Shown: positions 15,617 to 24,006 of the stretch, in pieces | Numbering within the stretch: the first letter of the stretch is position 1 | Layout: each line of letters starts with the position of its first letter | From: Clostridia bacterium | GTDB lineage: Bacteria > Bacillota > Clostridia > Oscillospirales > CAG-272 | Reading direction: 5' to 3' | DNA length: 64,000 nucleotides | NCBI GenBank assembly: GCA_017455905.1 | Contig: JAFTLQ010000010.1 | Location: forward strand, 33,468-97,467 | The notes under the pieces: generated by a model | Databases searched by the model: none | The model's input: only the letters and a program-made list of their open reading frames with translations | What the model was told of the DNA's origin: nothing | Made by a program: the position numbers and the translations under genes

Positions 15617-18403
15617 ATGCTCAGACTTCACTCCATCCAGAAGGTCTATGAGACCGCGTCCGAACAGGTCCACGCGCTGCGCGGCGTCGATCTGTGCTTT
15701 CGGCAGAGAGAATTCGTGTCCATCCTCGGTCCGTCGGGCTGCGGAAAGACCACGCTTCTCAACATCATCGGCGGTCTTGACCATTACTCCGGCGGCGACC
15801 TGATCATCAACGGAAAGAGCACCAAGACCTTCTCGGACCGCGATTGGGACGTCTACCGCAACCACCGCGTCGGCTTTATCTTCCAAAGCTACAACCTCAT
15901 CCCCCACCAGACCATCCTCGGTAACGTCGAGCTGGCCCTCACCATCGCGGGCATCAGTCGCCGCGAGCGCACCGAGCGCGCCAAGCGCGTGCTGGATCGT
16001 GTGGGCCTCAGTGGTCAATATTACAAAAAGCCCAACCAGCTCTCGGGCGGTCAATGCCAGCGCGTAGCCATCGCACGTGCCCTTGTCAACGATCCCGAAA
16101 TTCTGTTGGCCGACGAGCCGACGGGCGCCTTGGATACGGTGACCTCCGTACAGATCATGGACCTCATCCGCGAGATCTCCGGCGAGCGTCTGGTCATCAT
16201 GGTCACACACAACCCCGATCTGGCCAAGCGGTACTCCAACCGTATCATCAACCTGCTCGACGGTCGCGTGCAAAGCGACACACGTCCCTTCTCCGCCGAA
16301 TCCGAGCGCATCGAATGCGAGCATCTGCGCCGCGGCTACACCATTGAGACCGTGCGCGGTCGCTTCGGCCGCAAAAAGCAGGTCGCCGTTCCCATCAAGA
16401 CGATCGCAGGAGAAAAAAAGGAAAAGGCCAAGATGTCCTTCTGGACGGCCTTCCGTCTGTCGGCGCGCAACCTCATTTCAAAAAAGGGACGCACCGCCAT
16501 GGTCGGTATCGCCGGCTCCATCGGTATCATCGGTATTGCCATGGTCCTTGCCTTCTCTGCCGGCATCAAGGGCTACGTCGCCTCCATGCAGGACGATATG
16601 CTCTCGGGCAATCCCATCACCATCGAGGAAACGACGCTGGACTTCAACGCCATGTCCGATATGATGGATCATGATGACAAGGCCGATATCGTCAAGCAGC
16701 CCAACCGCGTTTACATCAATTCCATGGTCGAATATCTCGCCAGGATGAACAAAAACATCAACTCGCTCATCGTGGAAAACGAGCTGACCAAGGACTATAT
16801 CGATTACGTCAAGGCCATGCCGAGCGAATACTACGCCGCCATGCTCCTCGATTACGGCATCGATATGACCAACGCCGTCTACACCGACTTCACCGAGAGT
16901 GCGGGCGGGTCGACGCAGAACCTCTCCATCAACGCGCTGACGTCCATATATACCTCCGTTCTCAAGGACACCGATTTTTCGGACTATGCAAGCTACGTCT
17001 CCACCCTCGCGCCATCTCTGCAGCAGGCACCGAACAGCGAGGACTACATCGCCTCACAGTATGACCTCGTGGCCGGTACGATCGCAACGGGAAAGAATGA
17101 GATCATGCTCGTCCTCAACCACAACGACGAGCTGTCCGACCTTCTCCTTGCCCGCCTCGGTTATTACACGCTTGACGAATTCTTTGAGATCGTCAACAAA
17201 GCGACCGCCGAGGACGGCACGTACGACGAAGCCATCTACCGTGACTCCTTCTCCTACGATGAGCTTCTTGGCAAGACCTTCACGTGGTACCCCAACAACA
17301 CTATCTTCACAAAGAGCGTCGTATCCATGCCGCAGGCAGGCGATGTGACAACCTTTAGTTACAATTACACGTCCGACAGCTTCTCCAAGGACGACTCCGT
17401 CGAGCTGCGTGTGGTCGGCATCCTGACGGCAAAGGAAAACATTTCGTACGGTTGTCTGTCCTCGGGCATCTACTACACCGAGGCGCTGACCGAGCACATT
17501 CTCACGACCAACGCCGACTCCGAGATCGTTCACCACCTGCAGGATGAGCAGGCGAGTGCCCTGATGGCACAGACCGCTTACCGCATCTATTACACCTACA
17601 CCTACCGCACCTACGAGGGTGAGGAAGCCTCCGATATGGGCTACGTCGGTGCCGCGATGACCATGTCCGACATGCTCGGCAGCGGCATGATGGGCGGCAT
17701 GGGCGGCTCCGGCAGCACAGGCGGCGCGGGCGGCAGCGGTGCTACCATTGATATGTCCTCGCTGCGCGAGCGCTTCATTCGCAACCTCGGCGGTAACGAC
17801 CTGGCTAACAACGTGTCCATCTTCCCTGTCACCTTTGATTCCAAGGACACCGTCACCGACTACCTCGACCGCTGGAACGATGAGAACGTCGATATTACAA
17901 TGCCCGACGGACGCACGCTTACCTACGCCGAGCGCTCCGACGTCACCTACGGCGACACGCTGGAGCTGATCATCAACATCATCAACACCATGATCGATAT
18001 CGTGTCCTACGCGCTGATCGCCTTCACCTCCATCTCCCTCGTCGTTTCGACAGTCATGATCGGTATCATCACCTACGTCTCCGTCGTTGAGCGCATCAAG
18101 GAGATCGGTGTCATTCGCTCCCTCGGCGGACGCAAAAAGGACGTCAGCCACCTGTTCAACGCCGAAACCTTCATCATCGGCGCCCTCGCGGGTCTGTTTG
18201 GTGTCGGTATGACCTACGGCATATGCGAGATCGCCAACGCGATCCTGTACCCGCTCATCGGCATCCGCCGTATTGCCCTGCTCCCCGTATCCAACGCGAT
18301 CCTTCTCGTATTGCTCAGCATTCTTCTGACGACCATCTCGGGTCTTCTTCCCGCACGCAGTGCTGCCAAGAAGGATCCCGTCGTCGCCCTGCGCACCGAA
18401 TAA
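15617..18403 (+). CDS. ABC transporter, fused ATP-binding domain and FtsX/MacB-type permease with a large extracytoplasmic domain
   Basis: Walker A (GPSGCGKTT), signature (LSGGQCQR) and Walker B (ILLADEPTGALD) are present. The C-terminal FtsX-type helices end in ...LPARSAAKKDPVVALRTE. Confidence 0.9.
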   Translation: MLRLHSIQKVYETASEQVHALRGVDLCFRQREFVSILGPSGCGKTTLLNIIGGLDHYSGGDLIINGKSTKTFSDRDWDVYRNHRVGFIFQSYNLIPHQTILGNVELALTIAGISRRERTERAKRVLDRVGLSGQYYKKPNQLSGGQCQRVAIARALVNDPEILLADEPTGALDTVTSVQIMDLIREISGERLVIMVTHNPDLAKRYSNRIINLLDGRVQSDTRPFSAESERIECEHLRRGYTIETVRGRFGRKKQVAVPIKTIAGEKKEKAKMSFWTAFRLSARNLISKKGRTAMVGIAGSIGIIGIAMVLAFSAGIKGYVASMQDDMLSGNPITIEETTLDFNAMSDMMDHDDKADIVKQPNRVYINSMVEYLARMNKNINSLIVENELTKDYIDYVKAMPSEYYAAMLLDYGIDMTNAVYTDFTESAGGSTQNLSINALTSIYTSVLKDTDFSDYASYVSTLAPSLQQAPNSEDYIASQYDLVAGTIATGKNEIMLVLNHNDELSDLLLARLGYYTLDEFFEIVNKATAEDGTYDEAIYRDSFSYDELLGKTFTWYPNNTIFTKSVVSMPQAGDVTTFSYNYTSDSFSKDDSVELRVVGILTAKENISYGCLSSGIYYTEALTEHILTTNADSEIVHHLQDEQASALMAQTAYRIYYTYTYRTYEGEEASDMGYVGAAMTMSDMLGSGMMGGMGGSGSTGGAGGSGATIDMSSLRERFIRNLGGNDLANNVSIFPVTFDSKDTVTDYLDRWNDENVDITMPDGRTLTYAERSDVTYGDTLELIINIINTMIDIVSYALIAFTSISLVVSTVMIGIITYVSVVERIKEIGVIRSLGGRKKDVSHLFNAETFIIGALAGLFGVGMTYGICEIANAILYPLIGIRRIALLPVSNAILLVLLSILLTTISGLLPARSAAKKDPVVALRTE

Positions 18404-18446
18404 GCGCATCCTACGATCTTACAATTTTCATGGGAGGTCTGACACT

Positions 18447-19148
18447 ATGATCCTATACTACGTTCGCCACGGCGACCCCATCTACGAGCCCGACTCGCTG
18501 ACGCCCCTCGGCCAACGACAGGCCGAGGCCGTCGGCCGCCGTCTCGGCACACGCGGACTTAACCGCATCTATGCCTCCAGCTCCAATCGAGCCATCCTGA
18601 CGGCGACTCCTGCATCCGAGATCACACAAAAGCCGATCGAGATCCTTGATTGGTGCAACGAGCAGTATACCGCTCGTTCCATGATGGACATCGACCCAAA
18701 GACAGGCACGTACACCTGGTGCTTCAACATTGACCACCACCGCCGCCTGTTCAATCGCGCCGACGTACGCGCCCTCGGTATGCAATGGTATCGCCACGAG
18801 GCCTTCGCCGCCTTGCCCTTCGAAAAGGAGGTGCTCCGCGTGGAGCGTGAAGCCGACGCCTTCCTTCTCTCCCTTGGCTACCGACACGACCGCGAAAGCT
18901 GTCTGTACGAGCCCGTCGCACCGACGAACGAGCGCATCGCGCTGTTCGCGCATCAGGGCTTCGGCCTGCTGTTTTTGAGCGTCCTTCTGGATATTCCCTA
19001 TCCCCTGCTCTGCACCCACACCGACATTACGCGCAGCAGCGTATCCGTCATCGAATTTATTCCGCGCGACGGCATCGTCATTCCGCGCATGATCTCCATG
19101 TCCAACGAAGGCCACCTCTACAAGGAAAATTTACCTACCTTTATCTAA
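18447..19148 (+). CDS. histidine phosphatase family protein
   Basis: GGGAGG lies upstream of the ATG at 18447. The N-terminal RHG motif (LYYVRHGDP) is present. The track start at 18360 overlaps the ABC gene. Confidence 0.8.
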   Translation: MILYYVRHGDPIYEPDSLTPLGQRQAEAVGRRLGTRGLNRIYASSSNRAILTATPASEITQKPIEILDWCNEQYTARSMMDIDPKTGTYTWCFNIDHHRRLFNRADVRALGMQWYRHEAFAALPFEKEVLRVEREADAFLLSLGYRHDRESCLYEPVAPTNERIALFAHQGFGLLFLSVLLDIPYPLLCTHTDITRSSVSVIEFIPRDGIVIPRMISMSNEGHLYKENLPTFI

Positions 19149-19204
19149 GCGTAGAAAACGGCGCCAAGCCCGCCGCTCTATTTTCACATGGACCTTCAAA
19201 CAAG

Positions 19205-19237
19205 ACCCCCGCCGTCCGTTCATCGGACGGCGGGGGT
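19205..19237. terminator. bidirectional intrinsic terminator
   Basis: A 14-bp GC-rich stem forms between ACCCCCGCCGTCCG and CGGACGGCGGGGGT, followed by TTTGTTG, between convergent genes. Confidence 0.8.
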
Positions 19238-19254
19238 TTGTTGCTCCGCGACGG

Positions 19255-20685
19255 CTACGTCGGCTCGCACAGCTGCGCCTTGACGCGGAAGGCGTAGCGG
19301 ACAAGGTACACCGCGAGAGCGGCACACAGAAAAAGGCGCGGCAGGGGGTACGGGAACAGCGGAACGGCCAACAGGCACAGCGTCGCCGACAGCACGAACA
19401 AGGCGCAGGTGCCGCCGATGTCCAGCACGTCGCCGTCGCCGCCGCGGCGCAGGACGGCGTAGGACAGCACGCCAAGGAACAGATACGACACGGGTACCGA
19501 CCACGCTGCGCCCGCCATGCCAAAGGCGTCAATGAGCAGCACGCACGCGCCGATCGACAAAGCGGCGGCACACACCGCCCCCACGGTCACCTGCCGCGCG
19601 CGCTCACGGAAGAGCGACACGGCCGTCATGGACAAAAAGAGCACGTGCGCCAGCACGGACAGGGTGACGGGAATGACGAGGGGCATCGCGTCGCGATAGC
19701 CCTCGGGCGCCAGCAAGGAAAACAGCTCGGGCGACAGATGCGCCACGGCGACCGAGAGGGCGGCCGCGCCGATGCAGACATGGCGCAGGACGGTGCGCAC
19801 CGTCTCTCGCTCGCCTGCTGCCAGCTTGCGGAGCATCCACGGCTGAAGCACGGCGCTGATACCGGAGCTCGCCAACATGGGAGCGGTGCCGACGGCACAG
19901 GCGATGCCGAATTTGGCCAGCGCCGCCGCGCCCACGCGCGCACCGAGAAGCAGGCGCGGCACCTCCTCAACGGACACGAGCGCCAGCGCATACGGCAAAA
20001 GGGCCAGTCCCTCACGAAGCAGCCGACCGCCCTGCCGCAGCGGCTGTGGCCGCCCCACACCGCGAAACAGCGATACGCCCGCTACGATGGCCGCCGCCAC
20101 GCTGACGAGCGCGGGACCTACGATACGGCTCTGCCCGCCGAGGGATGTGTACCGAAGCAGGGCGGCCGTCACGAGCGGGCTGAGCACCGCCACCGACAAC
20201 GTCGCACAGGCATACGGCCATGCCCCGTACAAGAACCGGCACTTGGCATAATAAAAGGCCAGCACCGTATTCGCCGCGATCTCAACGAACAGCACGACGC
20301 TCAACGGCACCGACAGTCCCAGCGAATCGGGCGATACCCATGCGAGGACGGCGTACACGGCGAGCGTCAGACAAAAGGGCACCGCCGTCAGACACAGCGA
20401 CTCGGTCACGGCACGATCACGCCCGACAGGGCCGGCACGCTGCATGCGGCGGTAGAGCGTGCCGCCGTACAGATGCCACGTGGCAAAGACGCTCACCAGA
20501 CCGAGCCGCGCGGTATATAATGGATACAGGCCGTAGGCCTCCGGTGGCAGCAGGCGCGTAAACCAAGCGGTGGATAAAAAGGCGATCCCACGCGCGGCGA
20601 CGGCGGTAAGGGTAAAGATGACCGAGGCGCGCACAGGGGTACGAAGCCGTCCCCAACCGGCCCTCAGCGTACGGACAGATACCAT
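19255..20685 (-). CDS. polysaccharide biosynthesis / oligosaccharide flippase-like (MOP superfamily) membrane protein
   Basis: It is a 476-aa polytopic protein. The N-terminal pattern (LTAVAARGIAFLSTAWFTRLLPPEAYGLYPLY) resembles Wzx/Polysacc_synt proteins, and this assignment is from memory only. Confidence 0.55.
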   Translation of the reverse strand: MVSVRTLRAGWGRLRTPVRASVIFTLTAVAARGIAFLSTAWFTRLLPPEAYGLYPLYTARLGLVSVFATWHLYGGTLYRRMQRAGPVGRDRAVTESLCLTAVPFCLTLAVYAVLAWVSPDSLGLSVPLSVVLFVEIAANTVLAFYYAKCRFLYGAWPYACATLSVAVLSPLVTAALLRYTSLGGQSRIVGPALVSVAAAIVAGVSLFRGVGRPQPLRQGGRLLREGLALLPYALALVSVEEVPRLLLGARVGAAALAKFGIACAVGTAPMLASSGISAVLQPWMLRKLAAGERETVRTVLRHVCIGAAALSVAVAHLSPELFSLLAPEGYRDAMPLVIPVTLSVLAHVLFLSMTAVSLFRERARQVTVGAVCAAALSIGACVLLIDAFGMAGAAWSVPVSYLFLGVLSYAVLRRGGDGDVLDIGGTCALFVLSATLCLLAVPLFPYPLPRLFLCAALAVYLVRYAFRVKAQLCEPT

Positions 20686-20857
20686 ATCAGCTCACTTTTT
20701 CACATTTCTTTTTTACAGTTTGTCACGCAGGCGGCAAGGAAATCGAGGAAATGACAACCGTTTTTTCCTTTTTATATCAAAAGAGCAGCAAAAACGGGGA
20801 AATGTTTATGAAATTTGCAGGAAATTAAATATAACTTGCATTTTTTAGAAAAAGCCC

Positions 20858-20886
20858 TTGCAATTTTCTACGGTATGATGTATAAT
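20858..20886 (+). promoter_or_regulatory. sigma-A-like promoter of gdhA
   Basis: TTGCAA (20858-20863), a 17-nt spacer, then TATAAT (20881-20886). Confidence 0.6.
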
Positions 20887-20926
20887 ATTCCGCATAAGAA
20901 ACCTTTTTATTGAGGAGATCAAGATC

Positions 20927-22276
20927 ATGTTTAAGTTAGCGTATCTCAACGAGCTGATGGAGCGTGTCAAGCGCCGCAATCCCGGCGAGGCCGAGTTCCA
21001 TCAAACCGTCGAGGAGGTTCTGTCCTCCATCGAGCCCGTCATCGCCGCACGTCCCGACTACATCGAAAGCGGCGTGCTTGAGCGTATGGTCGAGCCCGAA
21101 CGCATCATCAAGTTCCGTGTTCCGTGGGTCGACGACAAGGGTGTCGTACAGGTCAACCGCGGCTTCCGTATCCAGTTCAACAGCGCCATCGGTCCGTACA
21201 AGGGCGGTCTTCGCTTCCATCCCACCGTCAACGAGAGCATCATCAAGTTCCTCGGCTTTGAGCAGACCTTTAAGAACTCCCTGACCTCCCTGCCCATGGG
21301 CGGCGGTAAGGGCGGCTCCGACTTTGACCCGCAGGGCAAGTCCGACGCCGAGGTCATGCGCTTCTGCCAGAGCTTCATGACCGAGCTGCAGAAGTACATC
21401 GGTGCCGATACCGACGTTCCTGCCGGCGATATTGGTGTCGGCGCACGTGAGATCGGCTACCTCTTTGGCCAGTATAAGCGTCTGCGCGACGAATTTACCG
21501 GTGTGCTGACCGGTAAGGGACTTCCCTACGGCGGCTCGCTCATCCGTCCCGAGGCCACCGGCTTCGGCGCGGTCTACTACACCGTAGAAATGCTCAAATA
21601 CTTTGGGGACGACATCAAGGGCAAGACCTTTGCCATCTCCGGCTTCGGTAACGTGGCTTGGGGTACCGTCCGCAAGGTCAACGAGCTGGGTGGCAAGGTC
21701 GTGACCATCTCCGGTCCCGACGGCTACGTATACGATCCCGACGGTATCGCTACCGAGGAAAAGATCAACTATATGCTGGAAATGCGTGCCTCCTGCCGCA
21801 ACCGCGTACAGGACTACGCCGACAAATTCGGTGTCAAGTTCTTCCCCGGCGAAAAGCCCTGGGGCGTCAAGGCCGACATCCTCATGCCCTGCGCAACGCA
21901 GAACGAGGTCGGCATGAAGGAGGCCGAGCAGATCGTAGCCAACGGCGTCAAGTATTACGTCGAGGTATCCAACATGCCCACGACCAACGAGGCCGTAGCG
22001 TACCTGAAGGCGAACGGCGTCACCGTCGCTCCCTCCAAGGCCGTTAACGCCGGCGGCGTTGCCGTATCGGGTCTTGAAATGTCGCAGAACTCCATGCGTT
22101 ACAGCTGGTCGGCCGAGGAGGTCGATGCCAAGCTCTACACCATCATGTCCAACATCTTCCACAACTCCGTCAAGGCCGCTAACGAGTACGGTCTCGGCGA
22201 TGACCTCGTAGCCGGCGCCAACATCGCAGGCTTCCTCAAGGTCGCGGATGCCATGAAGGCACAGGGCGTGGTCTGA
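20927..22276 (+). CDS. gdhA: NADP-specific glutamate dehydrogenase
   Basis: It is collinear over its full length with hexameric GDH and carries the PMGGGKGGSDFDP motif. Confidence 0.95.
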   Translation: MFKLAYLNELMERVKRRNPGEAEFHQTVEEVLSSIEPVIAARPDYIESGVLERMVEPERIIKFRVPWVDDKGVVQVNRGFRIQFNSAIGPYKGGLRFHPTVNESIIKFLGFEQTFKNSLTSLPMGGGKGGSDFDPQGKSDAEVMRFCQSFMTELQKYIGADTDVPAGDIGVGAREIGYLFGQYKRLRDEFTGVLTGKGLPYGGSLIRPEATGFGAVYYTVEMLKYFGDDIKGKTFAISGFGNVAWGTVRKVNELGGKVVTISGPDGYVYDPDGIATEEKINYMLEMRASCRNRVQDYADKFGVKFFPGEKPWGVKADILMPCATQNEVGMKEAEQIVANGVKYYVEVSNMPTTNEAVAYLKANGVTVAPSKAVNAGGVAVSGLEMSQNSMRYSWSAEEVDAKLYTIMSNIFHNSVKAANEYGLGDDLVAGANIAGFLKVADAMKAQGVV

Positions 22277-22295
22277 TCCCGTTTCGCTATATTAC

Positions 22296-22340
22296 ATCAT
22301 GACCGTCGGTACATTCCGACGGTCATGATTATTTTTTTAT
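22296..22340 (+). terminator. intrinsic terminator after gdhA
   Basis: A 14-bp stem forms between ATCATGACCGTCGG (22296-22309) and CCGACGGTCATGAT (22316-22329), followed by a T-rich run. Confidence 0.85.
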
Positions 22341-22349
22341 AAAAACCCC

Positions 22350-22378
22350 TTGCAAGGCGAGAAAAATTATGTTACAAT
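22350..22378 (+). promoter_or_regulatory. sigma-A-like promoter of the methyltransferase/GTPase-NYN operon
   Basis: TTGCAA (22350-22355), a 17-nt spacer with TGT (extended -10 like), then TACAAT (22373-22378). Confidence 0.55.
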
Positions 22379-22416
22379 AAATCAAGGCAGAAATTTACGA
22401 ACAGGAAGGCAAGTCT

Positions 22417-23976
22417 ATGTTAAATTTAGCATGTCGGAACACCAATAAGCTCATACGCGAGCGATCCAAGGAGGAGAACGTACGCCTCGGCCGTCTGTTT
22501 ACCAAAAAAGACACCGCGCGTCGCATGGCCGACATGGTCACCCTCGACCCTTCCAAGACCGCCTATACCATCCTGGACCCCGGTGCGGGCACGGGCATTC
22601 TGTCGGCGGCGCTCATTGAGCGCATCTGCCGTGAGGTTCCCGCCTGCCGCCAGATCTTCATCACCTGCTACGAAACGGAGCAGCTCTTTTTGCCCATGCT
22701 GGCAGACAACCTGGAGCGCATCCGCCGCAAGTGCCGTCACGACTTTGACGTCAAGCTGTTTGTGACCATCTTCGACGAAAACTACGTCGTCGATTCCAAG
22801 CATCACTATACGGTGACCTTCTCGCGCACCGAGCAGGACACCTTCGATCTCATCATCTGCAATCCGCCGAGCGAGCTGTGCCTCAAGGATTCCGAGGAGG
22901 CAGAAAGCGCGGGCGGCGTGACGCAGGTCAAGATCAACTCAGCCTATCTCTTTGCCAAGATGGCGGCCGGCCATCTGGAGCCCGGCGGACAGCTGGTCAT
23001 CCTGCTTCCGACCACCGCCGCCACCGCGTCACAGCTGACGCCCTTCCGCCGCTTTATGCACGAGACGCTCACGCTTCGCGCGGTGCATCTGTTCATCGGC
23101 GTACAAAAGAATCCCAAGCGTGCCGTCCCGCTCAAGAAGACGATGATCCTCGCCTTTGCCGCCACCGACGTGCGCGATACGGTCGCGATCACGACCTCCA
23201 CCGATCAGGGCTCTCCCGAGCATACGGTCGCCCTGCCCAAACTGGCCTACGACTTCGTCGTGGATAAGACGGACGGCTCGCTGACCCTTCCCAAGAGCGT
23301 GGAGGACACCAATATCGTCCGTTACATATCCGCCTTCCCCGAAACGCTGTCCTCGCTCGGGCTCAAGATCGCCACGGGACGCATTTTGGACGCACGCTGC
23401 AAGGATCTGCTCTTCAACGACGCCGCCAAGGGCCTTGTTCCCCTGTTCCGTCCCTGTACCATTCAGGGCGGACGCATCGAATTCCCCGGCACGCAGAAAA
23501 AGAATCCCAATCTGCCGCCGATGGTCGCGCCGCATCAGTATATCGCCCCCGTTACGGCCAATCTCGTACAGCGTAACAAAAATATGATCTTCATCAAGCG
23601 CGTCTTTTCCAAGAGTGACGAGCGCTTTATCAACGCGGGCGTGCATATGGCCGCCTCCCTGCCGGCGTATCCCTACATCAGCACCCACAACAAGATCCTC
23701 TTCATCGATACCAAAAACGCCAAGGGCGAGATGAGCGCGCGCTTCGTCTACGGTCTGTTTGCTCTGCTCAACTCCACCATCTACGATCGCTACGTATCCA
23801 TCATCTCCAAGTCCAAGCAGATCAACGCCAAGGAATTCCGCGATCTTCCCCTGCCGCCCGCCAACCTGATCGAAAACATGGGTATGCGCCTGATGTCCCT
23901 CCGTATGACGACCGTGCAGGCCTGTGATTCCATCGTCAATCCCACGCTGCATATCATCGACAAGACCAAGGAATAA
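22417..23976 (+). CDS. orphan N6-adenine methyltransferase, Eco57I/TaqI-like (gamma class), with a TaqI_C-like specificity domain
   Basis: The SAM motif DPGAGTGIL lies upstream of the catalytic-type motif ICNPPSEL (NPPS rather than NPPY/F). The C-terminus (LLNSTIYDRYVSIISKSKQINAKEFRDLPLP) resembles a TaqI-type target recognition domain. No nuclease domain is visible. Confidence 0.75.
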   Translation: MLNLACRNTNKLIRERSKEENVRLGRLFTKKDTARRMADMVTLDPSKTAYTILDPGAGTGILSAALIERICREVPACRQIFITCYETEQLFLPMLADNLERIRRKCRHDFDVKLFVTIFDENYVVDSKHHYTVTFSRTEQDTFDLIICNPPSELCLKDSEEAESAGGVTQVKINSAYLFAKMAAGHLEPGGQLVILLPTTAATASQLTPFRRFMHETLTLRAVHLFIGVQKNPKRAVPLKKTMILAFAATDVRDTVAITTSTDQGSPEHTVALPKLAYDFVVDKTDGSLTLPKSVEDTNIVRYISAFPETLSSLGLKIATGRILDARCKDLLFNDAAKGLVPLFRPCTIQGGRIEFPGTQKKNPNLPPMVAPHQYIAPVTANLVQRNKNMIFIKRVFSKSDERFINAGVHMAASLPAYPYISTHNKILFIDTKNAKGEMSARFVYGLFALLNSTIYDRYVSIISKSKQINAKEFRDLPLPPANLIENMGMRLMSLRMTTVQACDSIVNPTLHIIDKTKE

Positions 23977-24006
23977 ACCCATAAAATCCATCGAAAGGAG
24001 TCCGTC

